Shown here piece by piece: positions 44,431-64,000 of a stretch of 64,000 bases of DNA. Made by a program: the position numbers and the translations under genes. The DNA comes from the human T2T-CHM13v2.0 reference genome, Homo sapiens. The stretch lies in NCBI RefSeq assembly GCF_009914755.1, contig NC_060931.1. One strand, given 5' to 3'. Each line of letters opens with the position of its first letter. Position 1 is the stretch's first letter. The notes below the pieces were generated by a model that saw only the letters and a list, made by a program, of their open reading frames with translations, searched no databases and was not told the DNA's origin.

Positions 44431-45534
44431 CATTTATTTGTATGTGTGTACAAGTATATGAAAGCACACAGAATCTTTCTCTTCCTCTTCCCCTTTTCTT
44501 ACTTCCTCATCCTCCTCAGCAAAGGATGCATAATCTGATACTAATTATGAAGAAAGATCAGACAAAACCAAATAACTACTCAATAATCTTCAAAATTATC
44601 AAGGTCAGGAAAGTCAAGGAAATAATGAAGAAGTGTTTCAGTCTGAAGGAGACTAAAGGACATGACACCCAAATGCAATGTGTGATTCTGAACTGGATCC
44701 TTTCACTACAGAAAGGACATTATTGGGATAACTAGTAAGTTTGAATGGAGTGTGAGTGGTACCGCTGTCTATGCTAATTTCACTATTTTGATACATAGGT
44801 AGAATGCACTGTTTATTGGAATTATACATAAAAGTATCCTGAGGAAATGAAGCATCAGATGAGCGACTTCTAAACAGTTGGAGTAAAAAAAACTTTGTGT
44901 TCTACTTCCACCTTTTCTATAAACTTGAAATTTCAAAAGAATTTTAATGTATCAATAAAAAAATCCTGGAATACAGAACTTTCCTACATAGGTGCATCTG
45001 TGCAATTTCACATTTAAACAAGCAAAAACTAACAGAAAGGAATTCGCTGCTTTCCATTCAGTTTGATACTTCAATAAAATTATAGGACCTCCCTATCATA
45101 TCTCACCGGTGTACATAAGGAACCTACAGGACGGTCTGGGCCCATGTTCCTGCTCACAGCAGGCAGGTTCAGCTAACCAGAGGAGATGTCCGCTGCTCGG
45201 TTCAAGAGCATCATAGTCTTCTCAGCAGACTGTTCAAACAGCCAAGAGTCTTCTTTCTTATGACCAAGCAATTAAATTAAGGCCATTTCCTCATTTAATC
45301 CCCTGAGGATAAAATCTGTCAGCTCCTTAAATATGCAAATTCCAATAGGAGAGAACCAGTGCTAAATTATCCACACATATTTGCTTACATGTGCTTTCTA
45401 AAATTAATATGATAAAGCTATTGTAATGTGCTGGGTGAATATTTTCCATACTTCTATCCAAAAATTAGAATTGGATTTTGAGAATTGATGATTTCAGAAT
45501 CAGAAACAGAACAACTGAACTTTAAAATACATAC

Positions 45535-45574
45535 GAAATCCTGTTGACGATGGCATCTTCATCTTCTTGTTCAT
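45535..45574 (-). CDS. LMBR1: LMBR1 coding exon 3 (40 nt)
   Basis: TTGCAG/ATGAACAAGAAGATGAAGATGCCATCGTCAACAGGATTTC/GTATGT; encodes (D)EQEDEDAIVNRI(S), in frame with exons 2 and 4. Confidence 0.96.
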
Positions 45575-46099
45575 CTGCAAAAATGTTTAAGGTATTAATA
45601 TTCCTTTATCTTCTAACAAAATGCGTCATTAATTTATTAAAACTATAAACACAATATAAACTTAAAAGGCAATTATTGAACAGAAACAATTTTCAAAAAG
45701 CACTGTATTTGTTTCAGCATAGATCCAAATTTAAATCTCATTAAATCAAGTAGTATGGTATATAGAGAATGGGATGTTTCAATTAACAAAATCCTGATTA
45801 ATAAAACTACCATATGTAAATTAAAATTTGCTCAAGAAAATAAAACTTAGTACAACCTTAGGACCACTACAAAGTAAATTATTATACAATGTTAAGTGAA
45901 ACTGCTAATAAATAAAATTTTCTGGGTGATAACAGCCAACAAAAGTTACTATAAAATTAAAATTCAGAAACATAGAACTCATAATTTTCTATAATATGAA
46001 TTTGTCATTAATAATAGTAACAAGGAGTCTCCTGGACCATCCTAAATAACTTGGATACTACTGCCTCAGTAACTCATAATTATTGTTACAAACAGAAAT

Positions 46100-46395
46100 T
46101 GGCTGGGCGCAATGGCTCACACCTGTAATCCCAACACTTTGGGAAGCTGAGGTGGGCAGATCTCTTGAGCCCAGGAATTCAAGACCACCTTAAGCAACAT
46201 AGGGAGACTCCATCTTTACAAAAAAATTTTAAAAATTAACTAGGCATGGTGGCACATGCCTGTAGTGCAGGATACTCAGGAGGCTGAGGTTGGAGAATCA
46301 CTTGAGCCCAGGAGGTCGAGGCTACAGTCAGCCATGATTGCCCCACTGCTCTCCGGCCTAGGGGACAGAAGGAGATCCTATCTCAAAAAAAAAAA
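46100..46395 (+). mobile_element. AluJ followed by AT-rich low-complexity tract (to ~46505)
   Basis: Full dimer. Confidence 0.93.
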
Positions 46396-46642
46396 TTGTA
46401 TATATATATTTAGAAATAAAAATTATATATAATATATAATAAAATATATACAATTATAAATATATTAAATATATTGAAATATATTTAAAATTATATTATA
46501 TATAAAGTTTGTTTAATCTTTTTTAAGTAGCAGATGGTCTTCACTCACACTCTCCTTCTCGCTCATGCCTATCAGCAATCTCTTTTGTCCTCCCACATAA
46601 ACTTACAAGCTAAAGAGACTGCCCAATTATAAGAATACCACA

Positions 46643-46938
<296 letters not shown>

Positions 46939-47195
46939 GAATACCACAAACCCTCCTGGCCCCTCCTTCTTAAATGCCTAATGTCCTCCAAGACACTCTG
47001 CTCAGGTCTCTGGAATTCTGAGCACCCATCTGCTTCAGTGTCAAGGGTGTATTTGGGCCATTCTGTTAGTCCACCTCCATTCTTAATTCCAAGATTCCCA
47101 AAAGAACTTTTACAACCAAAGGGACCACAAAAGAACATAGTTACAATTAATTTTTATATACTGTTGTGCTCACATCCAATTAATTATCCAGTCTT

Positions 47196-47497
<302 letters not shown>

Positions 47498-48594
47498 TCA
47501 AGTCTTAGAGAATGTGTTAATGTCTCCATATTCATTTCACTTCTATTCCCAGCACACTACCAACTAGGTCCAGGGTCCTCATCACTCTCCCACCACTCCT
47601 GCGTTACTCTAAAAATGATCTAATAAATCTCCAATTTTCCCACTCACCAACCTCTAATTTCACTTAGAATGATGCATTTATATACATTCATTCTTTCTCT
47701 CTCCCTCCTTCTGTGTCTACAGTTCATGAAACCATGCCAATGAATTTTTTTAAATAGCTACGATACTATTTTGAATCTGTATCTTCAGAATTTTTAGAGG
47801 TTATGGAATCCATGGAGTACTTCAAGTGCAGTCACAGAGCCAAGTAACAGTACTAAACTAATACACTAGAGCAGGCACTATAACCTATTTCTCTCAAAAG
47901 TCCCACAAGTTTAAACTGATAGCATAATATTAAGAAATCATTAAGTATTCATACAGCACCTACTATTAGCCCAACATCACAAGCAGATAATCCTGTGATT
48001 TTCAGAAAACAGCTGAGATTTAACAAAAAATAGTAAGGTAATTGCTTAGGTACTTATAAAACCCTGACCTAAAAAATCTGAATTAATGAGCACAAAGTTC
48101 ATTAAAAAGAGTAAAGATATGGTAGTCCCTCTGGCTGGATAAGGATATATGTGAAAGAATAAAAAGATAATACAAGATGCTAGTAATTGGATACTAAATA
48201 GTATTATGGAGACTCTAAATATCTACTATATGCTCTAGTAGCCAGAAAAGGTATGAGGTGTGGATGAGTAAAACATTCAAAGTCAGAGCCGCTCACAAGG
48301 AACCAAATATCCTTATAAACTCAGGAATTTCCCAGATACTAAATAGCCTAGCACTATTCTTAGTTGGACATAAGAATTGTGATAAACAAGGACTCTGGTC
48401 TAAGAGGATGACTCTAAGAGTAGTCAGATTCCCTGGAGGTTATTTTTAGGTCTCCTAGTACCAGACAACTGCTTACTTCAATCACCGGCATATTCAATAC
48501 ACTATGACACTGAAGTGTACTAATATATCTTATATACCATGCCTAGACCATGTGGCATTCTAACAAAGGTTTTAATTGACATGTTTCCACTTGC

Positions 48595-48667
48595 CTGATT
48601 TTCTCTTGTATCTTGTGATGATGAAGTAGGAAACAACGTAGAGAATGGCAAAAAGAAGGAAACATAT
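48595..48667 (-). CDS. LMBR1: LMBR1 coding exon 2 (73 nt)
   Basis: Reverse complement reads ICFLLFAILYVVSYFIITRYKRKS+G. Acceptor TTTCAG; donor CAG/GCAAGT (GC-AG). Splices in frame to the next three exons; peptide recognised as the LMBR1 N-terminal TM region. Confidence 0.96.
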
Positions 48668-48813
48668 CTGAAACAAAACGAAGTTAACAGATCATTTACT
48701 TTTTTGCATATCTTTTTTAAATACTAGAAGATATATCTGTGATATTTATAGGAAAAAAGGATTTAAACTACTAAAAAGTTAAAATGCTGGACATTTTACT
48801 CATTAAAGTTTTA

Positions 48814-49133
<320 letters not shown>

Positions 49134-49519
49134 GTGTTAATAAAATATTAATTTATATGAACTAGTCAATTAGCCCCATTTAATACCATTTGAAAAAAAA
49201 AAAAAGCCCAATGGAGACTTTTCTTTCCGTAACTTGATCCAATGTTTTTCAAAATCATGTGGAAATGTGAAGAATCAGACCATCACCACTGACAACTCTG
49301 AAAAATAAAGTCAACTGGAAACTACTAACACAACCAAATATTAAAACATTATCAAAAGCTTCAATTCATTTAAAGAATGTGCCAGCACCAAAAATTGACA
49401 GATACATTAAACATTTTCCACTATATAAAAATTTAACATACAAATGGAATCACAAATCAATGTAGGTGGGAAATAATTATTCAATAGATATACCCCATAT
49501 CAAAATAAAAGGCAGTTGA

Positions 49520-49871
<352 letters not shown>

Positions 49872-49879
49872 TAATTTTG

Positions 49880-51132
<1,253 letters not shown>

Positions 51133-51889
51133 GCCCATTTTTTAATCAGGTTAATTGTTTAATTTCAATTGAATTTCTATCAGATCTGGGGAATGCCAGA
51201 CCGACAAAAAAGGATGGGTCAACAGGAGATCTCGTTACAGTCAAAGACTGTGTGCTAGAAATAAAGGTTTGCCACAGCTTGTTGTGGAACATGGAAAAAA
51301 AATTGAAGACTCTCAAATGAAACCACTCTGAGTGATGATGAAGTCTAGAGAATATCCCTTGTGTGTATTTCTGAAGAAGTACTGGTGGCCATATGACTGA
51401 GAACAACTTTGGACCAGGATAGTGGACATTCCCTGCACATCATCATGTAGGAATGACAAACGGAGAATGAAGAAGACTACTAGCTGTGTGCCAAAGCTCT
51501 CCCAATACACAAGGGAGAGAAACAGAAGACAGTACTGACAGCAACCAAAAGGACCAAAGGGCATCAAAGATTCCCTGCCACTGGAAGCCACGTACCTGTT
51601 GGGAACACTGGCTAGACAAGAAAATGTCAACAGCATCGCTACCTTCTCCCAAAATTATCTGGAGTGTAGAAGATGGGCCAAAGAGGAAAACCAGCTCTTG
51701 GAGAAGAAATGTAAATGGAGAGGTCTTCTAAGAAGTTGAGAATAAGGGGAAATTGTTTACAATGGAATGAAGTCTGAGTAAGGCTACAAGAGCAATGGAG
51801 AGACGACAGAAACACAGTGAATCATGAGGTTAAAGTCAGAGAGATTCGATGACCAAGGGAATTAATATTTAGGACAGAGGCTGATTTAA

Positions 51890-53960
<2,071 letters not shown>

Positions 53961-53969
53961 GCTGCAGGG

Positions 53970-54448
53970 TAATAAGGAATCAGAGAGACCGATGGGGTTG
54001 AGGAGTAATTATTTAATTATTTAGGTGCCCCAACCCAGTCAGATTAACATCTAAAGGACTGAGGCCCGAACAAAGAGTCAAGCTACCTTTTAAGCATTTT
54101 GTGGGGCGGGGGGAGATTTGTACAGGGGGAAGCGTATTATAGAAGTGAGAAACAAAGACAGTTATTTAATTAAGATGTGCGTTATATTATTTTTTACTTT
54201 TTAAGGAATAACACGTTTTAAGACTTGAGATTATCTGTTGAGTGACCTTGCAGCTGCGCAGCTAGAGAAACAGTGTCTGTACAATGCCTGGGAAAGGGAG
54301 AGATAAGGCTCACTAGCCTCAGAAAGAAAAACAGGCAGTTAATTTTAAAGAACTCCAGCCCTTTCTCTTCCTCAAGGGGAACTGGGTTTTTGACATACAA
54401 CTGAGTTTTTGCTTACACAGTTTTTAATTTCTTTTAATTCCTATTCCA
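53970..54448 (-). mobile_element. ERV1-type solo LTR (LTR15-like, subfamily uncertain)
   Basis: Minus strand begins TGGAATAGGAATTAAAAGAAATTAAAAACTGTGTAAGCAAAAACTCAG; ~480 bp; TSD not clearly readable. Confidence 0.7.
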
Positions 54449-55346
54449 GAAGGAGTATGTAAATCATATGGGAGAACAAATGGAGCAAATATAATAGAAA
54501 TAAGAGTCAAGGTAAGATTAAATGGCCTTTAAAGTTCCAGGCAAGTCCAAGCTAAAACCCTCAGCAGTGCTGGCAGCCTGGTGGTGCTGTAAAACATGAG
54601 AGCCAGATTCCTAGATGCTGAGGCAGATGCAGGTAGAGTCCCCAAGAAATACTAGAAGCTTGATGATTCTAACAGATATCCTAGCTCTCTCCTCCCCTTT
54701 CCAGCCAAGCGCTTCAAAATAATAGCCTGTGCTTGCAGACTTCTACCTTTCACCACTCACTCCTTCCAGCCACTCATCAAACTTCACACTCATCGACCAA
54801 CTCAAAGTGGTCAGTAAACCTAACAGGAAAATTACACTTCATGATTTTTGCTGAGCTCTATGCAGCAACTTCTGTCAGCAGTCTTCCTCCCTCTCTGTTG
54901 TTCTCCCAGTCTCCCTCACAAGCTTCCCTTTTCCTGCCAGCCTTTAAACAATCTTCTCTGTAATTTCTGGGATGAGCACCCATCTATTCTTACTCCACAA
55001 GCTCTTCATAGGTAACATCAAATACTCCCAGGATTTCAACATCAATCCCAAGGAAGCCCCTGACCACAGTGTGAGAAGCACTGGTTTAGGGTATTAGCAA
55101 GAGTGAGTGAAGTGACTGGCCATGATACCAAAGTAGATTAGGAGAAAACTGAAACTAAGGGTAGGCTGATGGACAGGAGAAACAAAGACTTCAATCACCT
55201 AATGTTCACGGTACAGAAGTAGCTGCAACGAAAGCACTTGACCAAGGAAGCTGCAAGAATAGAATGTTTTGATCAAAGGATGTTTCTGAATTTTTTAAAA
55301 ATTATGTTTAAAGGTGAAACACAATCATTTCATAAAATCCAGGGAA

Positions 55347-55642
55347 GGCTGGGTGCAGTGGCTCCCGTCTGTAATTCCAGTACTTTGGGAGGCTAAGGCA
55401 GTTGGATCACTTGAGGTCAGGAGTTCAACACCAGCCTGGCCAACATGACGAAACCCGGAAACACAAAAATTAGCCAGGTGTGGTGGCACACGCCTGTAAT
55501 CCCAGCTACTCAGGAGGCTGAGGCACGAGAATAGCTTGAACCTGGGAGATGGAGGTTGTCATGAGCCAAGATGGGGCCACTGCACTCCAGCCTGGGCAAC
55601 AGAGCAAGACCCTGTCTCAAAAAAAAAAAAAAAGAAAGAAAA
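55347..55642 (+). mobile_element. AluS
   Basis: Full dimer with a small deletion. Confidence 0.93.
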
Positions 55643-55823
55643 GATTCAGGGATTTAGTGCACAAGTGGTAGATGAGAAAGCATGAAAATGGAGAAAAGGA
55701 AAACAAGTAACCAAAATGCATTGGATAAGACTAATGGAAAATAATACATTTAAGAGTACAAGTAAGGCTAATAATTTAAAAACAAATGTAAGTATTATTA
55801 TTGAAATAAAAGTCATACATTAG

Positions 55824-56125
<302 letters not shown>

Positions 56126-57435
56126 CTATGAAAATAAGAATACAACTATAACAGACCAAAACAAAAATCACAGAACTCATTAGACTGTGTTTCTAGTTTC
56201 AAAAGTAGGACGAGGAGTAGGTTCTACTCTAAAGTTGTAAGTCTCTTCCAGAGACAGAGTCAGAGGGATGAGTGAAATAAAAGAAAGCTATAATGATGCC
56301 TATTCTCCCTTTGTCCAGGATGAAAGGAAATTCCTAACCAAAAAAAAGAAAAAAACAGTCCAGCTTCTCATCACTAAAAGTGAAGTACACCTGAATGAAA
56401 AAAAAAAAAAAAAGATGGGCTCTATTCTGGCATCTTGTGATACTGTGAACAAATTGAGCTTTGCTCCTGGTCAGGGAAGGAACAGCCATGCCCTATTTCA
56501 GAGCTCACAGCAAAATACCCACTGGGATGCATGTCCTACTGTGCTAGCTAGCCCAGAAAGAAGGCAACGCAGCCCTGGAAGAAGGAGGCAGCATGGCTTT
56601 AGTCCTGATGCTGCTGATCAAGAATGGCTAGGCACTTGAGAGGTGACACAGTCATAAGTAACTGAATAGTACCTTTAATATACATTGTTAAAAACTAATA
56701 TTCTTAAATTTGAGGAATCACACCTGAATCTAAATTCAGACTGGTGCGTTATAATCAAATTGTACCACCCAGCCTTTCATTTAAGGCCTATCGGCTTCAA
56801 CTAATTTCAAGTGAAGAATAAGTATCATAAAAGAGTGATGAGTACAAAGTGGGTTCAAGGACTGCTATCACCAACACATTTCTAACAAAACCCATGATGG
56901 ATATACCAATTGCCCTGATTATTTGAATGTATCAAATTATCATGTGTACCCCAAGAATATATACATCTAATATGTATCAATAAAAAATTAAAAATAACAA
57001 AATCCTGAGAGAGAAAGCAAGTGAACTATTTTTAAACCAATAATCTTATATTCCATAGCAGAGAGGTCACAGATAATGCAGCCTGGGCAATGGAGCAAGA
57101 TTCCGTCTCCAAATAAATAAATAATAAGCTACCCACTAAAATAATTAAAATTAAAAATACACTTCTTTGAAATTACCCTAACAACAAGAAAACTAAAATA
57201 GAAAAATCCAGACTATGTAGTAAAAGACAGGAAGACAAAAATAGTTATGAAGATAATAATGTAATAAAGATGAGACATATTTAAATCAATAATAGTAAAC
57301 GGGAAAAACTATTAAAAGAAAACACTGATAGAATGATACATATCTTAAAACAAAGTGACTCAGAAGGGTTGAAAATCACAAAATAAACAGAGACATACCA
57401 GACCGATGGTAACAAAAAAGAAAGATGGGTTGAAA

Positions 57436-57590
57436 TTTTTTTTTTTAAGAGACAGGGTTTTGCTCTGTCACCTAGGCTGAAGCGCAGTGGCACAATCACA
57501 GTTTACTGCAGCCTTGAACTCCTGGGCTCAAGTGATCCCCCACTTCCATTCGCCATGTAGCTGAGATTACAGGTGTGAACGACTGTGCCC
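57436..57590 (-). mobile_element. Alu right monomer/FRAM
   Basis: Single reverse arm. Confidence 0.8.
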
Positions 57591-57764
57591 AATTCAATTT
57601 ATTCTTCTCTCAGACAAGGCTGAATTTAAGGCAAAAGTGTGAAGTAAGACAAAGTAGGGCACTTAAGGAAGAATGGTGTAAACCACAATGGGAAAAGAAC
57701 TGTCATGAATCTTCATGTACCAAAAAGCACAGTACCAAAATACCTCAGAAAAAAAAAAACAAAA

Positions 57765-58199
57765 CAGGAACAGTGGCTCACACCTATAATCCTAGCTACT
57801 CAAGAGGCTGAGGCAGGAAGATCACTTGAGACCAAAAGTGATCACTTAACGACACCCTGGGCAACCTAGAGAGACCCCATCTCTGCAAAAATAATTTACA
57901 ATTTTTTAAAAATTAGCCGGCATGAACATGTAGTGCCAGCTACTCAGGAGGCTTAGGCAGGAGGATGTCACTCAAGCTCAGGAGTTCAAGGCTGCAGTGC
58001 ACAGCTATTGCTCATGCCACTGCACTCCAGCCTGGATGACAGATAGAAACCCTGTCTTTTAAAAAAACAAACAAACAACAACAACAAAAACAAAGATGCC
58101 AAATATGCAAAGATAAATCATGCCATAATCATGCCACTACACTCCAGCCTGGGCAACAGAGTGAGACCCTGTCTCATTAATTAATTTAATGTAAATAAA

Positions 58200-58200
<1 letters not shown>
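57765..58200 (+). mobile_element. Diverged AluJ plus extra Alu 3' fragment (58128-58200)
   Basis: Dimer with (CAAA/CAA)n tail, then a second CACTCCAGCCTGGGCAACAGAGTGAGACC. Confidence 0.8.
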
Positions 58201-61800
<3,600 letters not shown>

Positions 61801-61819
61801 AGTAATACGATTGCATTAG

Positions 61820-62184
61820 TGCTATGGTTTGTGTGTTTCCCAAAGTTCATGTATTTGAAACTTAATTCCCAATGCAACAGTGTTGAGGTGGGGCTTCAAA
61901 AGTGATCAGGTCATGAGGATTCTATCCTCATAAACTGACTAATGTTATCACAGGAGTGGGTTAGTTACGGTGAGAGCAGGTTTGTTATAAAAGCAAGTCT
62001 GGCCCCCTTCTTGCCCTTCTGCCTTCCACCATGGGATGATACAACACAAAGGCCCTTGCCAGATGCCAGCCCCTTGATCTTGGGCTTCCCAGCCTCCAGA
62101 ATCATACACCAAATAAATTTCTGTTCATTATATATTATCCAGCCTGTGGTATTCTGTTTCAGTAGCACAAAACAGACTAAGACA
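61820..62184 (+). mobile_element. MaLR solo LTR (MST/MLT1A-like)
   Basis: TGCTATGGTTTG...CAGACTAAGACA. Confidence 0.88.
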
Positions 62185-62575
62185 GCTAGTAACAAATGTG
62201 TTTATTAAATTCAATGTCCTATATTCCTCCCACCCTGCTTAGACTCTTGTAACCACCAATCTACTTTCTGTTTTTATGTATTTGCCTATTCTGGGTATTT
62301 CATATAAATAAAATCATACAGTATGTGCCTTTTTGTGTCTGGCTTCTTTCACTTAGCGTAATGTTTTCAAGGTTCATCCATGCTGTAGCATGTAACAATA
62401 GTTCTTTCCTCCAGACATTTTATGAGAAAAACCTCTGTTTCATTAAAAACACATTGGGTATATTTTTGCTTGCAGCTGAAAGCATTCCTTTCAAATACAA
62501 TTGTATACCCACACAAGGATGTATATATAAAGATGTTCACTTTTCTATTGTTTGTAATTGCAACAAATCACCCTT

Positions 62576-62995
62576 TGAAATGGTTTGGATGTGTGTCCCC
62601 TCAGAATTTCATGTTGAAGCGTGATCCCCACTGTTGGAGGTGAACCCTGGTGGAAGTGTTTGGATCATGGAGGCAGATCCCTCATGAATGGCTTGGTGCC
62701 CTCCCCTTGGTGATGAGTAAGTTCTATTAGTTCACACAGGATCTGGTTGTTTAAGGACTTTGGCACCTCCTTTCTCTCTCTTTATCCATTCCCTCTTGCT
62801 CCCTCTCGCCATATGACACCCGCCACTTCACCTTCTGTCATGATTGGAAGCTTTCTGAGGTCTTCAACAGAAGCAGATGCCGGCAATATGCTTCTCAAAG
62901 AGCCTGCAGAACTGTGTGCCAAAATAACTATCTTTTCCTTATAAATTACTCAGTCTCAGGTATTCCTTTACAGCAACGCAAAATGAACTAACACA
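62576..62995 (+). mobile_element. MaLR solo LTR (MSTB-like) with TSD CCCTT
   Basis: TGAAATGGTTTGG...GAACTAACACA; CCCTT at 62571-62575 and 62996-63000. Confidence 0.9.
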
Positions 62996-64000
62996 CCCTT
63001 CAAAACAGAGAAGTAAACAAAATTACCAATGCCCTATCTTCAGAACAATTAATTTGAATACAATACACATGCTGATACCTACTCTTCTCATAGTTGCTAA
63101 ACTGTCATAATAAATTGCCCTGTGTCTTTCAACTTGTGCTTCAATAAAGGCAAAGCAATGCTTCCTCACAGAAAACACTAAGACCCTTAGCAAGGGGTAA
63201 ATATTCACTTTTTCAAGATTATCACAGCATATTTCAAGTTCATTAATGTCATCAATAATATTATACTTTAATACAACATGCTGTGAAATATTTTAGGCCC
63301 AGTAACAAGAATGGACGACTATACACCAGATTACTCTTCCTACTGGTTTCTTGAGGAGATGGTAAAGTTGGGGGGCTGGGGAGTGAGGAGAGAAGAGGGT
63401 AGAAATAAGTCATGATTGTAAGCCAAAAACAATGGAGAGAGAAAAAGTAAAGATACTCGCACATAAAAACAGTAAACACATAGTGACTAATGTAAAATTA
63501 TTTAAGTCGTATAGATATACATAGAGGTATGAAACAATGTGCTTATTTCAGAATGGTGGAATTTCAGATTATTTTTACCCTTTTACCTTCTTCCTTAGAT
63601 CTATGAAAAAATTAAAGTTTTAACAATAAGGACTTTTATTTACACAGGATGAAAGTACTATTTTCAAAATGAACACAATAAAATTTATTCTAATAACCTT
63701 TCAGGAAAGCAATATGATGGCCTATGTATGCACTCTGATTCAATACTGTTATTCCTGGGAATTTATATTACAATAAAGAAACATTCCTCCACTTTTAGAT
63801 AATTAGGTTACCATTACTACTACTAGCAACAAGAATCACAATAATAGCTGCCACTTGAGACTTTAAGAACACACCTCTAGGAACAAAGTAATATAACAAG
63901 TAATAAAGATTTCGGTCCAGGTCTCAAAAGGGTAACCAAGAGAATAACAAATAATAATATAACAATAAACACCAGAGGAAATGGGAAAAACAAAGTAGTG

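Overview
Human (primate) genomic DNA from the LMBR1 locus at 7q36.3. LMBR1 runs on the minus strand. Coding exons 2-5 are present (48667-48595, 45574-45535, 38512-38373, 8275-8172) and splice into one open frame, and intron 2 has a non-canonical GC donor. Intron 5 holds the ZRS, the long-range SHH limb enhancer (~2870-3660), with five AGGAA(G/A)T ETS sites, an E-box and 5'HOX sites; the pre-ZRS block probably lies beside it. The rest is intronic and repeat-rich: about 30 Alus, a 5'-truncated L1PA with an open ORF2 tail, old L1M elements, a near-full-length Tigger1, MER2, an ERV-L pro/pol relic, two ERV1-type solo LTRs and several MaLR LTRs. Almost all ORF-track entries are repeat-derived or chance. 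The main biology (ZRS-SHH) is already known. The less obvious observations are: co-oriented CTCF motifs around exon 4, one inside the ERV-L; an ~80-bp-arm inverted repeat at 27.65-27.85 kb; inverted Alus bracketing exons 2-4 and 2-5, whose circles would carry a junction-initiated 110-aa ORF and a stop-free 119-codon loop; a candidate poison exon in intron 3; and a nested LTR pair with both TSDs readable. Repeat subfamily names and literature positions are from memory and need checking.
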